Shown here piece after piece: positions 13,181-25,766 of a stretch of DNA of 64,000 nt. The stretch is from Macrostomum lignano (Eukaryota): assembly GCA_002269645.1 (NCBI GenBank), contig NIVC01001126.1:263687-327686 (forward strand), given 5' to 3'. The position numbers were made by a program, and so were the translations under genes. The notes under the pieces were generated by a model. It did not search any database. It saw nothing but the letters and a program-made list of their open reading frames with translations, and had not been told where the DNA came from. How positions within the stretch are numbered: the stretch's first letter is position 1; each line of letters opens with the position of its first letter.

Positions 13181-13894
13181 GTGGTGCCAATTTAGATTGA
13201 CTATTGATGCAAATTGAATATAAAAACCTGGGTTGCCCATACTTCTAGCATTAAAAGAGAGCATCGATGAACTTTATTTACTTGGCCGGAAAGGATTCCT
13301 CAAAGAGCCCTATAGAGCTAGCAGTTACATGTAGTAGCAGTCATGTCGGACTGGTTTTCAAAGCGTCAAATGCTTGTATTGTATAAGCACTATGGGCTAT
13401 AGAAATCGCAGAAGCAGAGCAGAAAGGCGTGCGCAGATTTCATGACACAGTCTATTTTGCATCTCTAAGAGTTGCAAGTAGGTGAAAGCCTAAGTTGCTA
13501 AGCCGATTGTTGTCATGGCAACCTCAAGAATAAGCAGCTAGACGTCTGGAACTTTTATTGTTGAATTCAAATCTCAAAGGCTACACGCACAATAGGGATA
13601 TCCAATGCGTTTTTGTGACGACAAAAAATTCTAACTGCCTCAATGAGAGCATTTTCAATCCTTTGTAATAATATCTTATCGTAATAATAATCTTATCTCG
13701 GGCGCTGTCATCCTGTTCGTACCCCCCCCCCATCAAAGCATCCGTACCCTAGCAAAGACTAATTGACAACCGTCGTAACTTGCCTATGCAACCAGAGACA
13801 GTGCAGTGGCAATGTACCTCTTCACTATATCCCCAGTGCCTCTCTCGTCTCTTATCTCTTAACATCTGCATACCTAATAAGCTTATGCGATACT

Positions 13895-14185
13895 TACACT
13901 GTCTCTTCTCATATCTACCACTTTCTCTTCTCATATCTACCACTTTCTCTTTTCATATCTACCACTGTCTCTTCTCATATCTACCACTTTCTCTTCTCAT
14001 ATCTACCACTGTCTCTTCTCTTCTCTACCACTTTCTCTTCTCACATCTACCACTGTCTCTCTCATATCTACCACTGTCTCTTCTCATATCTACCACTGTC
14101 TCTTCTCATATCTACCACTGTTTCTTCTCATATCTACAACTGTCTATTCTCACATCTACCACTGTCTCTTCTCATATCTATAATG
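13895..14185. repeat. 22-bp minisatellite (MEK intron 3)
   Basis: Unit ctcttctcatatctaccactgt. Confidence 0.9.
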
Positions 14186-14281
14186 ATCTACCTTTGATAT
14201 CCTGATATCTGCTTCCGTTACTTACACCACCAGTTTCTTGTCATCATTTAGAACAAATATTAAAAGCACACACCGCCTCAC

Positions 14282-14505
14282 CTATGCAGACAGTTAATAT
14301 TCTCCCTCAGATAGATGAGCCCCTTGAGCACGGAACAGCTAATCTTGGCCACAATCGGTTCGGGCAGTCGGCCAGCTTTAGTGAGCACCAGATCTAGCGA
14401 TCCAGCGTTCATGTATTCCATGCAGATGCAGATGGTGGCGGAGGAGTCCACGAAATAGGCGCCGAAGTAGCCGATGATGTAGGGACTGTTGCACGAGTGC
14501 AGCAC
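14282..14505 (-). CDS. MAP2K1: MEK1/2 exon 3
   Basis: ctcag|GTG: [18 protein letters not shown]...[12 protein letters not shown]...LKGLIYLRE...LHR; donor CATAG|gtgagg. Confidence 0.95.
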
Positions 14506-14639
14506 CTGAGGAATTGGAAAAGTGCTTATTGAACTTTATTAAACTCAAACCAATTAGGCAGTGATTTCTTTAAGAACCACTAATTTTCCCGAAAACCCGA
14601 ATTTGAATACCATAACCAATTACCTCAGGTTAAGTTGAA

Positions 14640-15305
14640 ATCCTAAACACAACAAATTCGATCCGAATAAGAAATCCCAAATCCCACAAATTTGAATACC
14701 ACTTTTCCAGATCCCAATAAGAAATCCCACCAAATCTCACAAATTTGAATACCACTTTTCCAGATCCCAATAAGAAATCCCACCAAATCTCACAAATTTG
14801 AATACCACTTTTCCAGATCCCAATAAGAAATCCCACCAAATCTCACAAATTTGAATACCACTTTCCAGATCCCAATAAGAAATCCCACCAAATCTCACAA
14901 ATTTGAATACCACTTTTCCAGATCCCAATAAGAAATCCCACCAAATCTCACAAATTTGAAAACCATATTCCCAGATTCCAAAAAGAAATCCACCAAATCC
15001 CACAAATTCGAACACCATATTCCCAGATCCCAATAAGAAATCCACCAAATCTCACAAATTTGAAAACCATATTCCCAGATTCCAATAAGAAATCCCAAAT
15101 GTCACAAATTTGAAAACCATATTCCCAGATTCCAATAAGAAATCCCAAATCTCACAAATTTGAAAACCTTATTCTCAGATCTCAATAACAAATCCCAAAT
15201 TCCAAAAAATTAAACACCATATTTCCAGATCCCAATAAGAAACCCCAAATCCCACAAATTCGAATACCATATTCCCAGATCCTAATTAAAAATCCCAAAT
15301 CCCAG
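14640..15305. repeat. About 52-bp minisatellite (MEK intron 2)
   Basis: Unit cccaataagaaatcccaccaaatctcacaaatttgaataccacttttccagat and variants. Confidence 0.93.
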
Positions 15306-15388
15306 ATTAACGTCGTAGCATCCCCAGACTGAAACTAGAAGTGTAAATTCCATAAAAGTACAAATTCAACAACTAGTGGAACACGAAC

Positions 15389-15921
15389 CTCCAACTCTCT
15401 GATAATCTGGGCCCTAACAGACGGCTTGATTTCCAAATGAATAAGCTTCCTAGCCATAGCCTGTCTAGTGGGCCTGTGCAGCACCCGTTGAACAACGCCA
15501 GAGGATCCGGCGCCCAATTCGGCGATATCATCAAAGTCTTCGTGACGCAATTCGCCTATGCTGCGCTTGCGTTGAACAAATTCTGCCAGACGCTTGCGTT
15601 GACTCTCGTCGAGGTCCTGATGGCCCCGCTGCTGCTGCTCCTGCTGCTGTTGTTTCGCCTGCAGCTGCTGCTGATGCAGACGAAGCTCTAGCGAATTCAA
15701 ATCGGCGCCGCTTGGCGTGGTTGCTATGGTGAGATTCATCAGGTTGCGCCGGCTGCCGCAGCCCGAACCGGAGCCAGCCTCCATGCTGCCGGAACTGCTG
15801 ACGCTGGTGTTGCTGCTGCTGGCCGCTGCCGCGCCTTCCGCTGCTGCCGACGCCGAGCCAGACGGAGGCGACGACGATGGTGTACCAGCGGATTGGCCAG
15901 GCACCTGCAGCGACCGCTTCA
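15389..15921 (-). CDS. MAP2K1: MEK1/2 exon 2
   Basis: D-site-like [52 protein letters not shown]; donor GAG|gttcgt. The 5' acceptor cttcag|TG is inferred. Confidence 0.92.
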
Positions 15922-15999
15922 CTGAAGCCGAATTTTGTGTCAAATACAAATAGCTCGTGTGTACTAACAGCTCTGAGTATTAGTTTGCTATGTTGTCGA

Positions 16000-16480
16000 G
16001 GCAGAGATGCTGGAGACTTGGGGATAGTTTGGTGATGAAGATGCTGAGGATAGTTTGGTGATGAAGATGCTGAGGATAGTTTGGTGATGAAGATGCTGGG
16101 GATAGTTTGGTGATGAAGATGCTGGGGATAGTTTGGTGATGAAGATGCTGGGGATAGTTTGGTGATGAAGATGCTGAGGATAGTTTGGTGATGAAGATGC
16201 TGGGGATAGTTTGGTGATGAAGATGCTGGGGATAGTTTGGTGATGAAGATTCTGGGGATAGTTTAGTGATGAAGATGCTGGGGATAGTTTGGTGATGAAG
16301 ATGCTGGGAATAGTTTGGTGATGAAGATGCTGGGAATAGTTTGGTGATGAAGATGCTAGGGATAGTTTGGTGATGAAGATGCTGGGGATAGTTTGGTGAT
16401 GAAGATGCTGGGGATAGTTTAGTGATGAAGATGCTGGGATTGTTTGGTGATAAAGATGCTGGGGATTGTATGGTGATAAA
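16000..16480. repeat. 26-bp minisatellite (MEK intron 1)
   Basis: Unit gatagtttggtgatgaagatgctggg. Confidence 0.95.
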
Positions 16481-16626
16481 AATTTTGTGGATTGCTCTAA
16501 AAAAATAATCGCTTCAGAATAATCTAAAATATAAAAATAAATCTTTCAAATTTTACCTAGTTAATTTAAAAATTAACAAAACACTTTACTAGACAAACAG
16601 CAGATAGTTTAAACCAAAATAATTAC

Positions 16627-16696
16627 CTTGCAACAAGTTGTCGGAACAGGTGCGCAAAGTTGAACCAAACGTTTGAAATCTATGCTTGTTAAACAT
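16627..16696 (-). CDS. MAP2K1: Putative MEK1/2 coding exon 1
   Basis: ATG...CAAG|gtaatt joins in frame to exon 2 (MFNKHRFQTFGSTLRTCSDNLLQ-VKRSLQ). The five exons total 1425 nt, or 474 aa. No homology support for this exon. Confidence 0.5.
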
Positions 16697-17289
16697 GTCG
16701 GGCGATCTTTTAGATTTTTATCAGTTCAAATTAAGCTTTAGAAACTGTCACTTCTAATAGAACAGAAATAGTGCTGGGTGGCGGGCAAGAGTATAAAGCA
16801 AAGAAATTGGAACACGATCAAATCTTTCTTATCTTCACTAAAGCTTCTATCCAACGCGCTGAGCAAGTCGAATGAGTTAATACACTGCACTGCTTCAACA
16901 AAGAGAGAGATGCGGGATAAGAAGCTATGCTAGCTCGATAATCCCTAATGGTACCCCCCGGAGAGATGCGGGGCGGGGAAGAGAGGCAGAGAAAGATGAC
17001 GAATAGAAAGAGGGAAGCAAATGAGGAAGAAGAAGAGGGATGAAGAGGAAGAGAACGTTTTTTTGGCCTCGGGGGCGACAACGGCCTAGTAATAATAGAA
17101 TGCAGTTGGTGTGCACAGGGCGGAGGCTTAAGCCTTAGAAGCGACAGTAAAGAGACTTCTACACCAGTGCTATGCTAACACAATTTCGAGATCATAATGA
17201 GAAATTCCTAAACCCAAAACTCTGTTCGCGTTACGCTCGTAGTTAATTACATAACTTGCCTCGACTGAACTGGATTCTATAGCGCGAGA

Positions 17290-17930
17290 TTGCCTCAGTT
17301 ACAGTGGTGGATTGAGCGAGATTGCCTCAGGGACAGGGGCGATTTCTGTGAGATTGCCTTGACTCAGGGCAAGAGGAGATTTCTGTGAGATTGCCTCAGG
17401 GCAAGGGGAGATTTCTGCGAGATTGCCTCAGGGCAAGGGCCTCAGGGCAAGGGGAGATTTCTGCGAGATTGCCTCAGGGCAAGGGCCTCAGGGCAAGAGG
17501 AGATTTCTGCGAGATTGCCTCAGGGCAAGGGGAGATTTCTGCGAGATTGCCTCAGGGACAGGGGTGATTTCTGTGAGATTGCCTCAGGGACAGGGGCGAT
17601 TTCTGTGAGATTGCCTCAGGGACAGGGGCGATTTCTGTGAGATTGCCTCAGGGACAGGGGCGATTTCTGTGAGACTGCCTCAGGGACAGGGGCGATTTCT
17701 GTGAGATTGCCTCAGGGACAGGGGCGATTTCTGTGAGACTGCCTCAGGGACAGGGGCGATTTCTGTGAGATTGCCTCAGGGACAGGGGCGATTTCTGTGA
17801 GATTGCCTCAGGGACAGGGGCGATTTCTGTGAGACTGCCTCAAGGACAGGGGTGATTTCTGTGAGATTGCCATAGGGCAAGGGGTGATTTCTGTGAGATT
17901 GCCTCGGGCAAGGGGTGATTTCTGTGAGAA
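17290..17930. repeat. 32-bp minisatellite upstream of MEK
   Basis: Unit gagattgcctcagggacaggggcgatttctgt. Confidence 0.94.
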
Positions 17931-18487
17931 CGAAGAAACAAAAAACGAGTGGACAGGAACCCAAAAATCAGAGAAACAGAGAACAAGTGTACATAAGAAC
18001 AGAAGAACCATAGAAAGGAAGAATAAGAGAACAGGGGAACGAATCAGCTAACAAATACACAGATACATTAAAATCAACCAGCCCTCACACTTCTTACTGA
18101 CTAAAGCCGAGTTTCCAGTCCCTTCTTTTTTCTATTCTATGATAAATTTATATTGCAGAAGTCCCTGATTAAGCTTTCAAATAGTATAAAACTTGTAGCT
18201 AGCTACTGTTAGTAACAATATTGAAATATTTCAAGTCCTATTTGATTGAGTCAAACAAAAACGCACTAAATTGGTAAACTAAAAATACTCGTATGTAAAG
18301 TATTGAAAATACTCTTATTATTATTATTATTTTCACACTTTGATATGGCAACATTCATTATCTTCTAAGTATTTGAAGATAACCAGAGCTATAGAATTAT
18401 AGCTATAATGCCATATATGATGCCAAGAGTGGCACGAGTTCTAGCTAACAGCTCCACTGAGATCAAGAAGTTTGCATTTCTCCAGAC

Positions 18488-18534
18488 CATGCTTGGGCGC
18501 AACCTAGGGATTCACCCGGCCATTTCTATTGGCA

Positions 18535-18566
<32 letters not shown>

Positions 18567-18676
18567 GTCACTATTGGACAGAATAGTAGTCACGTGACTG
18601 CTCTCAGCCAATAGCGACTTACATGTGTGTGTTGCCAATAGAAATGCCGGGCGAATCCAAAGGTTGCGCATGTATG
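18488..18676. mobile_element. Palindromic MITE with CATAC-type TIR
   Basis: Arms pair along the whole length around a central gtcacgtgac. Right end gttgcgcatgtatg. Flanks ctccagac/caccaggc (6 of 8 identical). Confidence 0.72.
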
Positions 18677-19940
18677 CACCAGGCAATGGATATTACAAGC
18701 TAGGTAGCTTCAAATACTTCCTATTGTTAAGCAAATGCTCTATATGTTTGTACCAGTCAGCATAAAGGCCACTGGACAACATGCTAGTAGCATTAAGAAG
18801 GCTCTAAAAGATCCAAAGATAGAGTTCTACTTTTTGATGGAAGTTCTGCAGGTTTTTAATGTTTAAAGTTTCTCTTTTAATAGGGAAGCACTCAGATTTA
18901 CTGCCTTTATAATAAATTGAAATAAGTTGATACTTACATATTGCTAATAGAACTGACCAAGCTTCTATAATCTTACTGGAAGATAAACATAACTAATTTA
19001 TACATTGGGTTGGGCTTTACAATAGCTAGCCAAGCAATTATTTATTGATATAGATAGATGTCAATAACTAATAAATATGCCTTCAGGTCATGAAGGACTT
19101 CTTTCTTCCATATTAGAACTAAGAAGCTAAAACATTTGCCTTTTGATAGTAGGTTCATCTAGGCACAATGGCACATCAAATGCTAGATCCAAATTGGCAG
19201 TATCATTCTTTATATATTAACTAGATTCCAATCTTGGCTAGTGAGATACCAGAACATTTTCATTGATATAGAGATTAGTAGCCTAGAAATAGAGGAGTGT
19301 TAGTATCAAATAGAGATAATAGAACTAGAGTTTAAAAGTTTTGTCAATTGCAATATTGCAAGTTTTTGGGAAGCAGTTTTATAAGCTAGCAATTATCTAT
19401 TTCTCATTAGACTTGTGAGAACATTGCTAATTTTGCTTTATAACAATGCAATAGTCAAGCATATTTTTAGTCAAATAGTAAACACTATTACCAAGAAAGG
19501 GATGAATAAGTTTGCTACCCTTTATTATCAAGGCCCTAATAATCATATATATTTATTTAGTTACAAAGAATCTTAATCTAGCATCTTGGACTATTGCATT
19601 TTTATTTGTCCTTGTCACTCAATATATTTAAGAATATACATCATATTTGCTGGGCCTAGCATTCATGTAGTATATCATTAAGGATTAAATGATAAGGCTA
19701 GCTTAGCTATTATAGAACAAAAGCATAGCACTAGGCTATAAGAAGGCCTAGCAAATGTCATATTCATTAAGGTTTAGCTAGGCTAAGAAAAAACAAGCAA
19801 GTAGTTTAGCATACTGCAAATTAGTGTTTTGCCATAGCCGTAGCTACGGCTATGGGATCAGGGATCCTATGGCAAATATGGTAAAATAAGTACCTATGTC
19901 AGCTATAGATATGAATATGTAAGCTAGCTGCTCTAATGGC

Positions 19941-21040
19941 TATGACTATAGAAATATGGGCATTCTTTCATTTTACGATCCCTGAGCAGGTCAAGTTTCG
20001 TCTTACGATCCTCATTAAAAAAGAGTCAAAAAGACACTCTAGTTTAAAAAAAAGCATGTTTCACATACATTTCAAAAATCATTGCAACTCACTTTCCAGT
20101 CAACCTAATTCATTACTGCAACTTACTTTTTAGTCAACTTGAGGATCGTTGGTGTAGCATTACTTATGAAAGCACGTAGCTTATATTCACTTTCATCATA
20201 CAATCATTTAAATGGTGAAGTTATATGTAGATGATTGCAAGATGAAACCAAAAGAGCTTATAGGTTTTGAATTACAATCACCGCATTGGTAGAATTGTAT
20301 TAGAGGGGTTGTATGATGAAAGTGAATGGATTATACATTATATCCCTGGTGAAGTTGCACCAGTTCACAGCAGCTTTGGATACAAACTGCTACATCAATC
20401 TCTATCAACAATCTATAGGGTTCAAGAATGAAATTGTATTCATTATAAGATTCACAAGCGTCACCCCCCCCTTAATTTTGTCATACGATCCTCCCAGTTC
20501 ATTGGACCTGTGTTATACCGAGTGGTGATCTTATGACCAAAGTGAGGGGGGAGGGGGGCATGGGGCAGTGTCGGCGCCCAAAAAGGCCGTGCAAAAAGAG
20601 CCATGTAAAAAGCGGGTGGCTTTTGGTTTGCAGACATATTAGAGGCTGCAATTGATTGCTTGGTTGAAATGTCTATTATAGCGACAATTTCCTACCATTT
20701 CGTCATACAATCCTTCCAATACAATTTTACTATTAGTGTGATTGTAAGTCGAAATCTAGAAGCTCTTTCAGTTTCGTCTTGCGATCATCTGCATATAACT
20801 TTATCATTTAAATGATCACATAACGAAAGTGAATATAAGGACAGGCTTCTAACTTCTATAAGACACAATATTTTTTGTTAAAATGGCAAACTTAGAAGTG
20901 GTCTCATTTTGAAGTTCGATTTTAAGAGCAATTTTCCGTTCTCTGTGGGGGGATTGTATAACGAAAGTATTGACTCCTATAGGGACAGTGCTAGGTGATT
21001 GTAAAATGAAAGAATGCCAAAATATGATAGTTGTTGTCAT
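19941..21040. mobile_element. Degenerate foldback-like element
   Basis: Inverted blocks 19941-19983 vs 20995-21040 and 20172-20330 vs 20688-20842. Confidence 0.6.
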
Positions 21041-22037
21041 ATTCCATAGATTCCTGTAGCCGTAGTTATTGTGGCAGGCGGGATGCCATTGAGTTGAGTA
21101 GTTTTTTTTAACAATTGATGACTAAATCTTTATTTTGGTCAGTCTACGCATTGATCATTAAATTATTTTTCCTGGCTTGGAGTTGTCTAGCCAATGCTCC
21201 ATCAAGTGTTCTACGCTCTGTATGCTTGCTTCCCTGTGCAAGAACTTTTGTTAGAATACACTTGCCACCCAGTTTTATGCGTAATGTTTTAAGCCCTGAT
21301 CAGCATTGCCCATTGTGTTTCCCATCAGCTGCTCCCATTTGTGGACCAGCTTGCTTTACTTTTTAAACTCCTTGTTTTTCTTGTAAAATTTTATACTTCG
21401 CCCTTCTTTTTCCCTCTCTTTCTCCTTCTCATTCTGTTTTTTCTATTGCCTAATTTCTGACAAGTTTTAACTAGTTTACTTTATTCTGCTTTAGCACCTA
21501 GGTACTGCTGTTTTTCAGCTTGTTTGTAAGAATTAACTATTTGCCTGCTCAATAACTAACCATTTAATAATGCCTTAATAAACATTTATCATCTAATATT
21601 TATGTGTTGACGATAAGCCATAGTATTTCTTGAGTCATTTGCCCGTGGGTTGTAAAATAACCCAAAGTTCTCATCTCAAAGAAAGCTCTGAGAATTATTC
21701 ATTCCATAATATATAAATTACAATGGTGGCAGCAACTACCCTACTGAAAATAACCAGCTCAGTAAAAGCAACACATTATTTTACAGTATCAGAATCTATG
21801 GCATCTCATCATTTGAATGACCGCGCCACTATACGACTGCTTTGCTATGATTACGACTACCCTCCCATTGGACTTGAGAACCTGGCAAGTGGAGTAAAAC
21901 AGGAGAAAGAATTTTGTTATGATTTGTCTGCGCAATTTCTGGATTTATTCATGCGAACTCAACACCGGTAGGCCTAGCAATTCAAATGTGGAATCCACCC
22001 CACCTTCACTGGTGTCAGCAACCAATTTCAAAACACC

Positions 22038-22539
22038 CCATAGTGTAGATCATGTAGTGCACGCGAGAATTTTCCCGCGTGCATTTTCAAAAGTGGCGTG
22101 CACCGGCGTGCGATTAGGTAAGTGTTGTGCATTTGGCGTGCATAATGCACACTACATAAATACACTGGCGTGCCTGGCATGCGCCGCGTGCCGCGTGCCT
22201 GGCACCTGATGTGGCAAAGCTGCCGATGCAATGGTAAGCAGACATAAAATACGTATTATTGTATTTAACTTTTGAAAAAAACTATTGTAAATAAACAGTG
22301 TATAAGACTGTTAAATAAATTAATGTATTAGAAATACACGTTTTTAAAGATATATCATTTCTTTTGTACATCGTTTGTTGCTTTGTTTTACACAATGCAA
22401 TTTAAAATACGTTTTTTGTCTTCAATTTGAATTTTAATTTATCGGCGTGCATCGGCGTGCATTCGCTTGTCGTCGGCATGCTTTTGGGAATTAGCTTTGG
22501 GTCGTTTCTCGCGTGCACTTAGCATGATCCACACTATGG
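22038..22539. mobile_element. MITE, about 33-bp TIR, 8-bp TSD
   Basis: ccatagtgtagatcatgtagtgcacgcgagaa ... ttctcgcgtgcacttagcatgatccacactatgg; TSD aaaacacc on both sides. Confidence 0.9.
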
Positions 22540-22857
22540 AAAACACCCAACTTCCTCATCTTATTATTATTTTATTAATGTTAAAAAACTTAAAAATATT
22601 AGAAACAGGTAGAGTAAAACAAGGATACTTTTAGTAAACTATATTATCAACTTAGAAACTTTTAAAATATACCTAAAAAAGTACAATAAAACACTAGCAA
22701 ACTCTAATTTTTATAAATGTGAAAAAGTTCAGCATTAGTACTTTAGAGTTTAGTAACAATTAAGACTTAAGTATTGTTGCTCTAAAAAAGGATAGTAAAT
22801 GGACCCTCCTTAGGGCAGAACACTACTGCAAATGAATTAATATTTAATATCATGGAT

Positions 22858-23154
22858 CATACACGCGCAACAGTCGGCCGAGTCGGCCGATCCGGCCGAC
22901 TGATTTGGTGGCCAACAAAGGAAGTCGCGAAAAGGCCCACCTGAAAAAATACCCAAGTAGTTGTACTAAGTAGCTGACGAGGCATTTTGGCTTAAAAGGA
23001 CAGTCATAGTTACTCCTGCCGTTTACCCAAAGTTGCGTTAATTTTGCTTTAGGGTTTTTTACATGTAAGTCGCATTTTTGGCCAAAAACTACGTCGCATT
23101 TTTGTTAAAACTAAGTCGCACGGCCGACCGAATTTTGGAGGTTGCTCATGTATG
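22858..23154. mobile_element. MITE, CATAC-type TIR, 8-bp TSD
   Basis: catacacgcgcaac...gttgctcatgtatg; TSD tcatggat. Interior is the reverse complement of 33084-33318. Confidence 0.88.
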
Positions 23155-23171
23155 TCATGGATGCTAATTTT

Positions 23172-23855
23172 TAGAGCTGTCAAAATTAGAGATTTTATTC
23201 GAGACGAGATTCGAGACAAGTAAGGCTTATAAGTCGAGAATTTCGAGACGAGACAAGACAAAGTAAATCTAAAAAATATATTTCAGAATTGCATCTTGTC
23301 TTGCTCTTATCTTGCCTTATCTTGTCTTAAATTTCTTGATAAGATACAATTCTAAAATATATTTTTTAGATTTTCCAGAATACTTTCTTAATTCTAGTTT
23401 AAATTTTTTGCTATTTATTCATAAGAATTTATGCTTGTAGCATATAGGCCCTTGGCCCTACTATGTCTATTACTAATTCATCAAAAGACCTGTGTAGATT
23501 GTCTTTAAGTCTACTATGATACACCTTGCTGCAGAACTGAAATGATAACTAAAAGAGCACATATGCAATGCAAACTCGTATATAACGACGTTTGTTAAAT
23601 AACTGCTCGACATTGGCTAGATTTTACCATTTGAAAATTGCCCTATCAAGTGTGTTACAACAAACAGTTGTATTTATATGAAAATTTGCTCCCCTTTTTG
23701 TATCTTATCACTTAAAAGCTTTTGAAAAAGGGTATCAGAAAAATTCTTGAATCTCGTCTCAAATTTCTTGACAAAATTCGAGATTTCTCGAGACGAGAAA
23801 AAATGTCGAGATCTTGTCTCGAATCTTGTCTCGTCGAGATCTCGTGACAGCTCTA
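23172..23855. mobile_element. hAT-type MITE
   Basis: TIR tagagctgtca/tgacagctcta, TSD ctaatttt, subterminal cgagacgaga repeats at both ends. Confidence 0.9.
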
Positions 23856-25146
23856 CTAATTTTAGGCTTAATCTTGAATCTCAATTGAATGCTCTTGATT
23901 ATCTCAAAAACATAGGCCTATATCTTGAGTCTAAAAAATCTCTAAAACATGATATTGTCCAATTAACCCCTATAAAAAAGGTGCGCTTAAGCTAGGCCCT
24001 TGCATTATTTAAAATTTAAATAGCATTGTTTATTAATTTAGATAATAGGGCCTATAGAATATGCCTATTAAAATTAAAAATACATAGATTAGATATAAAT
24101 ATAATATTAGGCCCTAAAAAAGCCATAGATCCACAGAGAGTCAATTTATTAAATTCTTTAGATATAAAATAAGCCTACCTACTATAGTATAGTTTTTGCT
24201 TTATTACTGAGCCAATCGGCCCATTAAATTCTGAGGTTGGTTCATTCACTCGACTCTTCGTCTTCACTGGTTGGTTGTAGAGATTCCATCCTTCTCCATA
24301 ATGACATTTCAGTAACCCAGTTTGATTTTCAGCGACCAAGTTAATGAAGCCTAAATTATAAAAAAATCTTACATACCGTTTAGTAATATAAAATCTTAAG
24401 CTTTAACATCAACAATATGAGTGACGTGTATTATACAAGTTTTTAAAAAATATTAATTCGCGCGGCTTAAGCCCGTTCCCTCTTTCAAACACGTGCGATT
24501 TAAAAAGCTTAACAACATCCTTAATATTAATTCGTAATTGTATACTTTTTCTATATTAAATTATTAAAAGCTAAACATATAAAGTTATTTTTTGTCTATA
24601 CTAATAGAAACTAAACGTTTTGCATACTGTTTTGAAAAACACTTTTTCGCGTGTTTTTTGGGTGACACAGTCCTGGATTTGGGATTAGAGCCTCTTCATA
24701 TCGCCAGTTCGAAAAATGGAACCGGTTCGACGCTCTTCATATCGATGGTTTGAAAAACAGAACCAGTTCCGGAACATGGTTCTGTTTCTGGAAAATGTTC
24801 GAGAAATTTTCTCGAACCGTTGTCATGTTTACACGTTAACAGTAAAATATATTTGAAATCGTCAATTTTTTATTATTGATATATAATTATTCCGTTTTTT
24901 GTCATATCCAAGAGGAAACGAGGACACGAGGTCATAGAACGACAAAATTAAATTGTAAAGACTGCCAAACATAAAATAGGTTCGAAGCTTCTCATTTCAC
25001 AATCACACTGGTTCTGGACTGGTTCTAGAACTCGAATTTATTCCAATTAGAACCATGGCAAATAGAACCAATTGCCATAAAGAGGCCTCCTAGTGGGACC
25101 CCTTTTTCGCTTTCAAAAAAATTATCCTGCACATGTGGTCACTGAT

Positions 25147-25624
25147 CACTTTGGCGACAAGTCGCTTTGGTGACAGTCATTTCGGTGACACGTTTGGATC
25201 ACTTCAGCAACCAACAATTAATAGGCCTAACAGCTAAAGAATGTATGTATTTTTTGCCAATCAAACTTCACGATTACAAAGCAACACAAATTTATATTTT
25301 TGTATAGGCCTATTTAGGTATTTAGTTAGGTAGCCTATATTTATTCTCAATTTAATAAACAGAAGGCGAGTTTAACATAAGCTCTAGTGGGGGATGTAAA
25401 TGTGCATGCATTACTATGTACTCGTACATTAACCAATCAGAATGGGGGTATGAAAGGCAGCATGAATAACAAAATACTGAAGATTTGTATTGCTTTTTTA
25501 ATAAATCTGGATAAATCATACTTTTTAATTGTGAAGTTTCATTGGCAAAAAAATATGTCCTTTAGTTGTTATTAATTGTTGCCAAAGCGATCCAAATGTC
25601 ACCAAAATGACTGTCGCCAAAGTG
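25147..25624. mobile_element. MITE with repetitive inverted arms
   Basis: cactttggcgaca...caacaattaata vs tattaattgttg...tgtcgccaaagtg; a related arm occurs at about 27480-27550. Confidence 0.7.
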
Positions 25625-25766
25625 CAAGGTGCTCATGCCCTCTTTTATCTCCTTTATTTAAAAGATTTTTGGGACTGTTATGTTTTAGATATGAATGTTA
25701 TATTATGGCATGGTCGTCTTGTCTGTGCTGACATTATAAAGACATTATAAAGCTAAGGTCATAGGC

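Noticed and set aside
16818-17116. Short ORFs upstream of MEK
   Set aside because: They are driven by a GA-rich tract and show no homology or splice support.
24686-25092. Possible hAT MITE (tagagcctctt...agaggcctccta)
   Set aside because: The TIR and TSD are too degenerate to support.
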